Assembly: GCF_006345805.1 (NCBI RefSeq)
Contig: NC_043012.1
Location: forward strand, 44,454,001-44,518,000
Source of the DNA: Octopus sinensis
Lineage: Eukaryota
Length of the DNA stretch: 64,000 nt
Direction: 5' to 3'
In this document: positions 28,095 through 40,734 of the stretch, one piece after another
How positions within the stretch are numbered: the stretch's first letter is position 1
How the letters are laid out: every line of letters starts with the position of its first letter
Program-made: the position numbers and the translations under genes
Notes under the pieces: model-generated
Told to the model about the DNA's origin: nothing
Database searches by the model: none
What the model saw: only the letters and a program-made list of their open reading frames with translations

Positions 28095-29222
28095 AGAAGG
28101 AAAATACAAATAGAAAATGAGGAACAAAATAAAAGAGAGTGGAAAGATGTCTACCAAAACAAGGACAGAGTGAGTGCGAGATCACAGTTTTACTATAAAT
28201 ATTGTGATAAAAGAACTGGAGCTATGATAATTACCTGTTAATCTTTCAATGTTATGTAAATAATATTGTAATATTTTTGCTAATATTATATCATTATTGT
28301 TAATTTTTATAACTATCATTAAACTGTTTAGCACTACAGTCAAACACAGTCTCATCAATTTACTGTCATAATTATGGCAAATACCAAGAATATGAATAGT
28401 TTAACATATAATACTTCTGTGCTTTAAATATTTTCATTATTTGAAAAATAATCAATAAGAATGATGCAAAAGAAAAATCATGGAGTCAGCTATCACTGAG
28501 AAATACGGGGTAAAATATTGTCTGCGCCATCAGAAACAGTTTGACCAAATAATTGAGGCTTGAGGAACTCAAAACTAATCTGCTTTGGATAAAATGCCAG
28601 ACATTATTAAAGATACAGGTGTGTTGCTATTTCAAAGATCATTACTTTCAGTGTCTATGTTTGCATTGAAAGAACAAAAATATTTAAAGAATGAAAGTAT
28701 TCTTGAATGAGACTATTTACATTCTTGATTATGTCTTCACTATTGTTGTTTAGTTAAGGTTGTAGGTATTAAATAAGAGACCCACGTTTGCTAGAAGTGC
28801 CAAATGTTTAGTAGATCGATAAGAAATGTTATAAGTTGTTATTTTTGACATTGGTGTTTATATGTTTATATATCATTGTGACTTGTCATTTTTATTGGGC
28901 ACCATGTACTATCACATTTATGAATTATTAGTCTCGGCCTTTTGGCTATGATCAAAGTGCAATATTTAATTACTAAATACAAAGTATAAAGTCTTAGCAG
29001 TGATTTCACTTGTACTGTGTACAGATAATCATTTCTGTATAATTAATAATTAAAAAAAACTGTCATAATCTTTGACAACATAAGCACATTAATATTTACA
29101 TAAATAGTATTTGTCTACAAGTTCTAGGGTTGATACAATTGATTATACTCTTGAACCAGGTGCTCCAACATAGCCATAATCAAAAAGCTGACAGCAACTA
29201 AAGAAAAGAATACGATAAATGA

Positions 29223-29602
29223 TAGGCATGGCTGTGTGGTAAGAAGCTTGCTTCACAACCACATGGTTCTAGGTTCAGTTCCACTGTATGGCACCTTGGG
29301 CAAGTATCTTCTATTATAGCCTCAGGCTGACCAAATCCTTGCGAGAGGATTTGGTAGAAAGAAGCCCATCATATATATCTGTGTGTGTGTGTGTCTTTGC
29401 ATCTGTGTTTGTCCCCTCATTACCACTTGACAACTAGTGTTGGTGTGTTTACATCCCTGTACTTAATGGTTTGGTAAAAGAGACCAATAGAATAAGTACT
29501 AGGCTTAAAAAATAAGTCCTGGGACGGTTTCTTTGATTAAAACCCTTCAAGGCAGTGCTTCAACATGGCCACAGTCAGATGACTGAAACAAGTAAAAGAT
29601 AG
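29223..29602 (+). mobile_element. SINE family A
   Basis: Full head and tail similarity to 22413-22890. Confidence 0.75.
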
Positions 29603-30566
29603 AAAAAGATCCAGTTGAAAGTTTTTAAAAACACATTAACCTGAGGGACTTTCAGTTTATGTAGAGAGTAATACAAGACTTTTCTTGATATCAATATAGA
29701 GATAGTATCTTTGTACTGACAAAGGATGATAGATGGTCCTGTCCCTGTTGGAAGATGTTTTTGAAATATGTCTTCATGTAAGCAATACCTAACTGGCATT
29801 AGGTCTCTAAGCTTCACGTCAATAATGCCTCAAGGAAGATTGTGTTGTCTATCAACCTGGTAGAAATAGCAGTCAAATCTTCATGATGCAGTAGTCACCT
29901 TTATTATACTATAATAAATATATTTACTCTACATAATGTATCATGCACTCTCTGTTTGTGAATCCACTTGCAAATCTTCCTCAAATTACATCCTACCTTC
30001 TTAGAAAAGTACATGCTGGATAATATGGTCCTAGATTTCATACACATTAAATGACAGAATTATTGTGACCAGAACTCTCTGATCACAGGTTTGTTCAATT
30101 AGAATTCATCTAGGGCTAGACAACAACATATTAAGGTGAAACAAGGAAGGAAATCCCTACTTCCTATGCTGTTTGAAGTGACAGAAAATGTGTATGTGCG
30201 AGTAGAGATTCATGCACATGTGCATACACACACACACTCATATACACATATATATATACATACATGGACACACATATACATGCATGTGAAAGGTATATAA
30301 ATTTGCATGATTCCCTGAGTTGAAAACTTTGTCTTAGAAGGTGAATATCTTCTTTGATCTTGTCTGCTAAAATTTCCTTTTTGTTGTATTTGTTTATTGA
30401 TTGTGATTTGATTTAAATATTTACTTAATGATATCAATTCTTAAACAAGTAAACATGTGTGTAAGTAAATGTAACAAACATGAGAAAAGTACTCAATACT
30501 GGATATAGAGTGTAATTTGATTTTATCAACTTAAACCAACTTTTACTTTCAGCAGACTGGATTAGA

Positions 30567-30623
<57 letters not shown>

Positions 30624-30964
30624 TGTGCGCGCGTGTGTGTGTGCATGCGTGTGTGTGTGTGTGATTCATGGCTGGCTATGGATTTCTGCACCTGGCAAGT
30701 TCCTCTCCATGAAAAGGGCTTGAGCAAGGTTTTTTTTTACCTATGTATGTATTCATTAACTAAGTATTTATGTGTTTAAAGAGAAAACAAATGATGGATC
30801 CTGCTGGAAACCTATCATGAAAATATTTCTCTGTAATAGCAAGCCCTACATGCTAGACTTTGTAATAATTTATTCAATATCACAAATTCTTTTCAACTAA
30901 ACAAGACATCCAAAGAATCTTTTAGAGAAATGAACTCATTGTCTACATACATATTCTTCAAGGG

Positions 30965-31285
30965 GGAAGGCACATGGTTTAGTGGTTAGAGGTAGGCTCA
31001 CAGTCATAAGGTTGTCAGTTCAATTCCTGGCACTGCATTGCAAACTTGAGCAAGGCACTTTATTTCACATTGCTTGAGTCCACTTGGCTGGCAAAAATGA
31101 GTTGTACCTGTATTTCAAAAGGCCAGCCTTATCACATTCTGTGCCCTCTGGAATCTCCTGGGGAACCATGTCTGTATAAGTGTCTGTGAAGTGTTCAGCC
31201 ACTTGCATGTTAATTTCACAAGAAGGCTGTTCTGGTGATTGGATCAACTGGAACCCTTATCATCATAGCCAACAGAGTTCCAGTC
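30965..31285 (+). mobile_element. Decayed tRNA-derived SINE (tail shared with 57868-58255)
   Basis: TGGTTTAGTGG..GTTCAATTCC head; GTACCTGTATTTCAAA..GCCAGCCTT...GTTAATTTCAC..GCAGGCTGTTC-like tail. Confidence 0.55.
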
Positions 31286-31893
31286 ACTCTTCAAGGATTG
31301 TCGTTTATTTCATTAACCTTTTTGTTACCACATTTCTGGGGAAGTATAATTAATTTGTTACAATTAAATTTAGAAAATAATGGAGAGTTTAGTAAAATAA
31401 CTGTCATTATTAAGCTGGTGTTTGGAACATAAATTAACATGAAATTTTACAAGAAGAATTTAATTTAGATCCCTTTAAAACATACAATTTGTATCAAAGA
31501 ACCAGAGCTGGTCTCAAGTGGATTGATATCAAAATGTTTAAGGGGTATCTTCAAAGGAGTGTTAAGGTGTTGTTTTCTTTTTTTCTTAAATAATGCTAGT
31601 TACTATCCATTCCACTGTCTTTCATTTTCATCTTCAATACTTTCATTGATCAGATTGACTTACTTCTTAACAGATTTACATAGATTTGTTATCTTAGGCC
31701 CCATTAGCAGGATAAAGACTTATCCTAAATGTAAAATACATAGACCTATTATACCTTTACACTCTCATACATCATAAGTTACTGTAGAAAAGTGTCTTCT
31801 TTCCTGCTAATTAAAACTTTTGACTTGGCTTTGTTATAATAACTTCAAGAAAGACAATTTGTGTTGCATCTTGATAAGTTTTATATATATATA

Positions 31894-31958
<65 letters not shown>

Positions 31959-32449
31959 AGGAAAAGATCACTAGGTGGCTTCCTAATATGTTGGAAATAG
32001 ACACCAAATCATCTTGCCATGAAAAATATGTTTTCAAATTAGCACAACACTAGATGTTTGCAAGCAAAACAAGTGAAAGGAAACAAACAAAGCAGTTAAT
32101 TCCATACCTTAAGATTTCACCATTAATAAATGAATAATTATCTGTGGCTCATCAGTAGAATCGCCGCAGACACATAACAATGAAACTAGATACCAATCGC
32201 CTCTGTTCCACCAATTAGGCCCTGTAATATCCATCCAAAAGTTTTCATACTAGTGCACCAAGCCAGAAAAGAGTCTGCAGCGAATCTACTGGCTAGAGAA
32301 CAGGACTAATTAAAATTTAATAACGAGGGTAGAAATTAATATTTATTATTAAATAATATTAATTCAAACCAGTGGCCAGCATACATAAAAAATATTAATT
32401 TCTACCCTCATCATTTCATTTTATATATATGTATATAGAAAAAATATAT

Positions 32450-32550
32450 ATCATCATCATCATCATCATCATTTAACGTCCGCTTTCCATGCTAGCATGG
32501 GTTGGACGGTTCAACTGGGGTCTGGGGAGCCCGAAGGCTGCACCAGTCCA
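32450..32550 (-). mobile_element. Short RTE 3' terminus
   Basis: (CAT)n-TTAACGTCCGCTTTCCATGCTAGCATGGGTTGGACGG on the + strand. Confidence 0.7.
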
Positions 32551-32584
32551 GTCATACATATATATATATTTATATATACGCCAT

Positions 32585-32771
32585 GATAGATCGTTAGCTC
32601 CTACAAGCATTTTTTTCTCTCCTTGTTTTTTTCTGTGTATCTTTCTGTCGAAGAGCGTAGGCTCGAAACGTAAAAGATCTGTTCTATTTCTATTCCTGAG
32701 CGCCATACTAATACATTTGTTTGTTTGTATTCCACCTGCATTCATCTTTTGTTTATTTTCGTAAACCTTCC

Positions 32772-32790
<19 letters not shown>
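32585..32790 (+). mobile_element. pLTR-like fragment with a variant-core HHR (32640-32677), ending in (TA)n
   Basis: TCTTT-CTGTCGA-A-GAGC-gtag-GCTC-GAAAC-GT-A-AAAGA; related copy at 54590-54830. Confidence 0.6.
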
Positions 32791-32829
<39 letters not shown>

Positions 32830-32931
32830 TCAAGGTGAGTACTTGATAATTGTAAGCACCTGTATATACCGTTTGGTGGTGTAGGTGGTGGAGTAAATTA
32901 ATCAAAATAAAAACATGATGCCAAGGATTCA

Positions 32932-33009
32932 GCGGTACATATGTTTCGGGCCTTTATTAGACGGATTTATAACAATGCATAACGTGTGTCTATGGCCTTC
33001 TTCAGCCGC
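32932..33009 (-). ncRNA. Mirror HHR in the left arm
   Basis: Reverse complement of 33227-33303 with one extra base in stem II. Confidence 0.65.
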
Positions 33010-33226
33010 GCACAACTACTACCTCAAGGACATGTATTACATCAAAAATTCTACGTTGGGGATGCAAATCCTCTCATTCGCGTACGACATAATGCGGCAA
33101 CAGCATAAAAATGAAGCATGATCATTTTTATGCTGTTGCTGCATTATGTCGTACGCGAATGAGAGGATTTGCATCCCCAACGTAGAATTTTTGATGTAAT
33201 ACATGTCCTTGAGGTAGTAGTTGTGC

Positions 33227-33303
33227 GCGGCTGAAGAAGGCCATAGACACACGTTATGCATTGTTATAAATCCGTCTAATAAAGGCCGAAACATATGTAC
33301 CGC
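33227..33303 (+). ncRNA. Type I hammerhead ribozyme, core intact
   Basis: GCGG-CTGAAGA-A-GGCC..TAGAC/GTCTA..GGCC-GAAA-CATATGT-A-CCGC; stem I GCGG/CCGC, palindromic stem III ACATATGT, GUA cleavage triplet. Confidence 0.75.
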
Positions 33304-33336
33304 TGAATCCTTGGCATCATGTTTTTATTTTGATTA

Positions 33337-33373
<37 letters not shown>

Positions 33374-33889
33374 TACAAATCAAACTGACAAAGGAACAAG
33401 AAATTATGTAATGAACTTCACTAGCTTACAGCTGTTTCTGCTACAAGAAGCAATATGCTCATAGTCGAGTGCTCGTGTATCACCTTATAGATTTGTTTTG
33501 ATTAATAGTTCACTAGGTAGCAGAAAAATAAAGCTGCATCTGTGTGTGTGTGCGTGTGTGTGTGTGTGTGTGCGCGCACATGTACATGTGTGCACAGTTT
33601 AATTCTATTTTGTGCCTGCAGTTCTATCAAGTGATAGCTTACCCCAGTTTTGTGGCATTTAAGTAGTTGAGACACCCAAGTGAAAAAGTTGCAGGAAAAA
33701 TTCACCTCACCCCAACCCTAGCTTCCACCAGAATCATTCTGTCCTGAGCAGACTGAAAAACATGAAGGGAAATGCCTTGTTCAAGGACACAACATGCACC
33801 TCATTTCAAGAACTAAAACCCACATACTAATGAACATGAGACAAACAACCAAATTAGGTACCATGCACCTTCATATACATGTATGTCAT

Positions 33890-34266
33890 ACATGGCTGTG
33901 TGGTAAGAACCTTGCTTCTCAACCATATGATTCCAGGTTCAGTCTTGCAAGTGTCTTCTACTACAGCCCTGGGACAACCAAAGACTTGTGAATAGATATG
34001 GTAAATGGAAATTGAAAGAAGCCCATCATATATATATGTATGTATCTATGTGTGTGCACTTGTGTCCCTTTTTCCCCACAACCATCGCTTTACAACCGAT
34101 GTTGGTGTGTTCACATCCCCATAGCTTAGTGGTTTGGCAAAAGACAACAGTAGAATAAGTACCAAGTTTACAAAGAATAAGCCCAAAAGATTATTTCTAC
34201 GACTAAAAGGCAGTGCTCTACCATAGCCACAGACAAATGACTGAAACAAGTAAAAAATATAAGAAT
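33890..34266 (+). mobile_element. SINE family A
   Basis: Head and tail similarity to the other copies. Confidence 0.7.
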
Positions 34267-34297
34267 GTATATACATATGCATGTGTGGATGTGTGTT

Positions 34298-34343
<46 letters not shown>

Positions 34344-35839
34344 TGTGTATATATATATATATATATAGATTCAGATGAATATGGTACTTATGTTGAGACA
34401 CCAGAATTTAGTACAGTATTATCCATACAATTTCAAAATAAGGTGATTAAAATCAAAATAAGCAACAAGGATATCCAGAGGTAATGCAGTACGATCGTTT
34501 CATGCAACTCCATTTAATTGAACAATGCAATCATTACATCAATTTAAAATGTAGAGCAATCCTCAGCTGCATAAAGACATAGAATTTAATTAATTTAGAA
34601 CAGATGGACACATTAGCATAATTATACCTAAAGTCTCCAAGAAGTTAAGGAGACAGACAAAGAACATGCTGCCTTCACTCCAGCATAGAATCTATTAAGG
34701 TGTCAAGAAGATGTACATTGTTACAGACTCTGCCTGTCACTGAATTTTTGTTTTTATGGGGTCAGTTTTAATTTATAGACTAGTTTATCAAATACTTGTA
34801 TATCTAAGGCAGAGAGAAACAGAGGGCAGTATCTGTTAGGGGTAGGGCTGAGGGAGCAGATAGAAATCATAGTTGGTATAGTCATAAAAATCAAGATTTA
34901 TTGGAAACAATATCATGAGGTTTGGTAAAGGAAAACTTAAAACAAGATGCTAGCTGACAATTAATAAAACTAGCAGACCATTGATAATGGAACAGGAGAA
35001 GTCTTATCATGTAGTACTATAGTTAAATACTTTAAACAATGTTGCTATATTGTACATAGTTAAAGTTAAGGGCTATTCAGAGGGTTATTAAGAAGAATAT
35101 TTTAACAAAAGGATAGAAATTGATGAAAACTTTTACCACAAAAGAGGGAGGAAAAGAAATCCAGAAATAGTTTAATATTTATACATATTGTACACTTAAC
35201 TACTAATTCATCAGATGGTATCTGTGAATATTGATTAATTGGTATATGCTGGTATTAATAAAGGAGTATTGAGGTAAAAGAACATGCTAATTATATATTA
35301 ATAAAATTATTATCTTAGCAGTTTTTTAATAGTGAATATACCAGTATAGTTTTATATAAGCTAAGTATGAATTTATAGAGGTACAAAAATTAGATTAATT
35401 TTATGAATAAATAAAGCTAATTATAAAATAATAAAAAAATTAATTAATCAAGTATGGCAGAACACCACAGAAAAGGAAATAAAATAGCTTAATTACTAAT
35501 ACTATGGTAAAGTATATGTAGCTTATTAACACCAATAGAGAAGATACATAGAAAAAATATAATAATTCAAGAATATATTAGACTAAAAATTATATATTTA
35601 CTTATTTAGCTAAGATCAATAAAAGACTGATGTCTGGCTAAAGGAATATTTAAGTTATGGAACATTCATATTTTACACTAATCTTTTTTTTTAAATCTAA
35701 GGGTTATATTATAGGTTTAAGAATTTTTTATTGTTACTCCCTACATGATATTTATAGTTTCTTAGTGGTACTTGTATAGGCGGGTTATTTATATAAAGGC
35801 CCTTATAAATACTAAGTATTTATGTGTGTGTGTGTGTGT

Positions 35840-36150
35840 GGAGGTGCAATGGCCCAGTGGTTAGGGCAGCAGACTCGCGGTCGTAGGATCACGGTTTCCA
35901 TTCCCAGACCAGGTGTTGTGATTGTTTATTGAGTGAAAACACCTAAAGCTCCACGAGGATCCGGCAGGGTGGTGGTGGCGATCCCTGCTGTACTCTTTCG
36001 CCACAACTTTCTCTCACTCCTTCTTCTGTTGGCCTCTCGCTTAGCCAGCGGCGTCGCGTCATTTTAAGGCTAAATCAATGCGAAGCGCATTGTGACCAGC
36101 GATATGTAGCAGCATCTGATAGCCTGGTCAGTCACGGTGATCACGGTGGT
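35840..36150 (+). mobile_element. tRNA-derived SINE family C
   Basis: GGAGGTGCAATGGCCCAGTGGTTAGGGCAGC..GGTTTCCATTCCC head, shared with 57868-58255. Confidence 0.7.
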
Positions 36151-36213
36151 ATATATGTGTGTGTGTGCATGTGTATATATAAGTGTAATTATATACATAT
36201 ATATATTATTTTA

Positions 36214-36597
36214 TTCTTTTCTTCATTCACTTGTTTTAGCCATTTGACTGCAGCCATGCTGGAGCACCACTTTTGGTCAAACAAATTCACCTCAGGACTT
36301 ATTTTTGTATGGCTAGTCCTTGATCTATCAGTCACTTTTGCTGAACCGCTAAGTTCCGGGGACATAAACAAACCAACAAGGGTTGTCCAACGATGGAGGG
36401 GGAAAACACACACACACACAGAAATACAAACACACACACACACACACACGATGGGCGTCTTTCAGTTTCCGTCTACCAAATCCACTTATGAGGCATTTGT
36501 TAGCCTGAGGCTATGCTAGAAGACACTTGCCCAGGGCGACATGAATTGGGATTGAACCTAGAACCATGTGGTTGGGTACCACAGTACTTACCACAAA
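36214..36597 (-). mobile_element. SINE family A
   Basis: Reverse-complement match to family A. Confidence 0.7.
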
Positions 36598-36777
36598 GGA
36601 TTATAATATATATATATATATATATTATATACATACATATATATATACATATATATATATGTATATACATGTATGTATATATATATGTTTGTATGTATAT
36701 ATCTATATATATAGATATATATACGGGTGTGTGTGATTGCGTATAGAAGAATATATTAATAAAAGGAATTCCAACCT

Positions 36778-36834
<57 letters not shown>

Positions 36835-36844
36835 ATGTATATAC

Positions 36845-36890
<46 letters not shown>

Positions 36891-36995
36891 ATACTTGAAA
36901 CATCCACTCATTACTCTATATATATATATATATATATATTTAGTGAAGGGAAGAAATGGAGCTGAACGAAGATTCTACAAAATTCCTTTTTATTA

Positions 36996-37079
36996 TTTTC
37001 TACACATGTTTCAAAGGCTGCAAATTTCTAAATTCGGATTGAATAAGGAGACCATTTTGCAGCTTTCTCTTCAGGAAAA
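36996..37079 (-). ncRNA. HHR in the 3' pLTR (element sense strand)
   Basis: TTTTC-CTGAAGA-G-AAAGCTGCAAA...TTTGCAGCCTTT-GAAA-CATGTGT-A-GAAAA. Confidence 0.65.
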
Positions 37080-38089
37080 TCCAGGAATTTAAATCTCCAA
37101 ACAAATGCGCAGTAAGCTATTCGAACAAAACGCTCCCTAGGAGCCCATGGTATGGCACAAAACTGTCTCTCAATGTGCGTTGACGTCAGGGTGGGTGAAG
37201 GCCGACGAAAAAGTCCGTTGGAATAAATCGAGGTCAAACTGCGGTTAAATCTGGTAGGGGAAGAATTACAGAAAACCAAAGGGTGTGAATATATTCTGTA
37301 TAACTAATGTTAATGTTCGAATTGTTTTAAGAATGAAAGCTATCTTATTTGGGTGTGAGAAACTACCTCTATGTATGTGTGTGTGCGCCTGTGTATGTGT
37401 GGCAGTATGTTAGGAAGCAGCTAGAGGGAAAGTATTGTTGGTCAAGCGGCTGATAAAAGCCTGTGTCTGTGTGTTCATCTGTGGCCAGTTTATACACAGA
37501 TGACTTGTCAAACAAGGGGAGTATAATCCCTGATATTGTTTCTAAATAAGTAGCAGATCATACGCTAAAAGGGGAGTAATTTCCCCTTACAAATTTAATT
37601 CAAAATTTTTTTCCAAATTTTTTCCAAAATTTTTTTCTTTTCTTAGGACATCAAGGTGTTAATTATCTTAGGCTTCAATTGTATGCAAGAAATGTGTGCC
37701 GCCTCCAGTGGGGACATCTGAAAGAGTTTTGCAAAATCGCGTTAACTAGCTGCCCTCGGGCAAACAAAATGTGAAAAAGTTCAGAGTTGTAGAGATTACA
37801 GATTCTTTTGCCTCTATCAAATAAGATAGCTTTCATTCTTAAAACAATTCGAACATTAACATTAGTTATACAGAATATATTCACACCCTTTGGTTTTCTG
37901 TAATTCTTCCCCTACCAGATTTAACCGCAGTTTGACCTCGATTTATTCCAACGGACTTTTTCGTCGGCCTTCACCCACCCTGACGTCAACGCACATTGAG
38001 AGACAGTTTTGTGCCATACCATGGGCTCCTAGGGAGCGTTTTGTTCGAATAGCTTGCTGCGCATTTGTTTGGAGATTTAAATTCCTGGA

Positions 38090-38173
38090 TTTTCCTGAAG
38101 AGAAAGCTGCAAAATGGTCTCCTTATTCAATCCGAATTTAGAAATTTGCAGCCTTTGAAACATGTGTAGAAAA
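38090..38173 (+). ncRNA. HHR in the inverted pLTR
   Basis: Same motif as 36996-37079; stem I TTTTC/GAAAA, GUA site. Confidence 0.65.
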
Positions 38174-38381
38174 TAATAAAAAGGAATTTTGTAGAATCTT
38201 CGTTCAGCTCCATTTCTTCCCTTCACTAAATATATAAAACTTCAATTATCCGCGCTAAGGCACGGTTGCGACACCCCATGGTCGTAACCTCAACTGTGTT
38301 TTTTCTGTTGTGATTTTTGCTACCCAGGTATCGGTTAAATTTTGAATAATCCGTAACAAGATAATTCATTTATCCATTTCA

Positions 38382-38436
<55 letters not shown>

Positions 38437-38899
38437 TAAAATAAATATATATATATATATTTATTTATTTATAAAAGTATTTACAAAATTGAGAATTAAA
38501 AATTATAAATTATAAATTTTAAATATAAATTAGCATACATATATCCAACTTAGAATGTCAAATATAGAATGTCCAATATAAAATTGTAAATCAGAACGAA
38601 GAGATCTGTGATTAAATGTTAAAAATAAAGATACATATCCACTTATGATAGGGTCAAGATATATTTCAAAATGGCAATTAGAAGAAGTGAATATAGCAGA
38701 ACACTATGGGAATTTATAGGTGGTTAATTCTAAGGGGGATAATTCCACTATGCATTGCTTAAATTAAATTATCGGTTTCTATTATTATATTCTATCCAAC
38801 TATGTTGAGGGATATATATAATTTGTTATAATGTAAAATTTCATAATATTTAATTAATTTACTTATTTAATTATTTATATAATCTATTCTACTACTGTA

Positions 38900-39580
38900 G
38901 AAATCAAAAGTGTGTGGTGATGAGACTCAAGGTTGGTGGAGATGCAGTTCAGTATTTCATTTTATTGAAAGTAAAATTACTTTGGTGTCTACATTTAACT
39001 TCTCTTTCTTTGTATGTGTTTAGTAATTTGTCTCTAGACTGTATCAGTTCCATAAATTCTGATATACATAATAAGCACATTTATAAGAGTGGGCTCTACC
39101 TATTATACTCCAACTAAGTGAGTACTCTCTTTTTCTAGATTTCATTTCCCATATATATTTACTTAAAACTGTGGACTTACTTTGGGATTTTTGAAAGTCT
39201 GGTAGTGTTGGGAGATTCTTTTCTTAATTTCTTTAGCTGTAGATCCTATATATCCCTTATTTATAGTTTTATTGTACTTAGAGATTACTATACATTTATA
39301 AATTACATTGTCAATATTACATTTATTAGAGAGCTTACTTTTAGTCTTATCAGGACATGAACATTTATCTATACGTAGATTATGACTTCCATCACTAGCG
39401 ATTACATTACAGCAAGAGCTATTATTTATTGTGCTGTTATAGTAGTTATTTAATTTCTTATTATTTATTGAAGAGATGATATTAGCTACATTCTTAGATG
39501 TTGAGTAGTCTACTCTTATGGTTTTACTGGAAAACATATTAGAATAAAAGTTGTTCTTTTTAAAAGACACTTTTATATAT
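38900..39580 (-). pseudogene. PLE linker and GIY-YIG endonuclease remnant (same type as the 50.7-kb element)
   Basis: IRVDYSTSKNVANIISSINNKKLN...NVIYKCIV...GYIGSTAKEIKKRISQHYQTF, then after a frameshift STVLSKYIWEMK..YSLSWSII. Confidence 0.8.
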
Positions 39581-39590
39581 TACTCTATAT

Positions 39591-39856
39591 CATCATCATC
39601 ATCGTTTAACGTCCGCTTTCCATGCTAGCACGGGTTGGACGGTTCGACCGGGTTCTGGGAAGCCAGGGCTGCACCAGGTTCCAGTCTGATCTGGCAGTGT
39701 TTCTACAGTGGTTGGCGTTAGGAAGGGCATCCAGCTGTAGAAACACTGCCAGATCAGACTGGAGCCTGGTGCAGCCCTGGCTTCCCAGACCCCGGTCGAA
39801 CTGTCCAACCCGTGCTAGCGCGGAAAACGGACGTTAAACGATGATGATGATGATGA
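39591..39856. repeat. Head-to-head inverted pair of RTE 3' termini (hairpin, about 118-bp arms)
   Basis: Arms 39591-39708 and 39735-39856, with (CAT)n and (ATG)n tails pointing outward. Confidence 0.85.
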
Positions 39857-40077
39857 TATATATATGCATATATATATGCATATATATATATATAGGTATA
39901 TATAGTAATGTATGTATATATTTATGTATGTATATTTATGTGTATATATATATGTGTGTGTACATAAATATATATATGTATATCTATGTATATATATGTA
40001 TGTATATTTATGTATATATTTGTATGTATGTATATATATATATATATATTATATATATATATAATATATATATAGGT

Positions 40078-40236
40078 GCTAGCATGGCTGTGTGCTAAGA
40101 AACTTGCTTCCCAACCACATGGTTTCAGGTTCTAGTCCCACTGTGTGGCACCTTAAGTAACTGTCTTTTACAACAGCCTTCAGCCAACCAAAGCCATGCC
40201 ACTGGATTTGGTTGAGGGAAACTGAAAAAAAGTCTG

Positions 40237-40295
<59 letters not shown>

Positions 40296-40730
40296 GTGTT
40301 TGTATTTGTATCTGTGCTTGTTCCCCACTACCATTGCTTAGAAACCAGTGTTGGTGTGTTTATGTCCCCATAACTTAGCAGTTCAGCAGAAGATATCAAT
40401 ACAACAAGCACCAGGTTTATAAAGTATAAGTCTAGGGGGCGATTTCTTGAACTAAAAGGTGGTACTCCAGCATGGCCACACTCAAATGACTGTAAAAGTG
40501 TAATATATATATATATATATCTTTTGTTTCAGTCACATGACTGAAGCCATGCTGGGGCACTTCCTGTAGTCGAACAAAATGACCCCAGGACTTATTCTTT
40601 GTAAGCAAAGTACTTATTTTACCAGTTTCTTTTGCCAAACCACTAAATTACAGGAACATAAAGAAACCAGCATTGGTTGTCAAGCTATGGTGGGGGGACA
40701 AACACAGACCCAACATATACACACTCATGT
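40078..40730. mobile_element. SINE family A (+, 40078-40500) followed by an inverted tail half (-, 40520-40730)
   Basis: Family A head and tail motifs. Confidence 0.7.
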
Positions 40731-40734
40731 TAAT

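Larger units (their letters stand above)
32822..33341. mobile_element. Fold-back pLTR element: 220-bp near-perfect palindrome plus a 72-nt extension, in (TA)n
   Basis: Arms 32894-33114 and 33122-33341 differ at two positions that I could see; each arm carries an HHR. Confidence 0.8.
36939..38230 (-). mobile_element. 5'-truncated PLE with inverted pLTR, inserted in (TA)n
   Basis: 36939-37351 is the reverse complement of 37818-38230; 37675-37820 encodes FDRGKRICNLYNSELFHILFARGQLVNAILQNSFRCPHWRRHTFLAYN*, homologous to the C-terminus of ORF 50745-51134. Confidence 0.85.

Noticed and set aside
33420-33445. GAAACAGCTGTA half-motif on the minus strand (also about 60555-60568)
   Set aside because: No matching CUGAnGA and stem II upstream.
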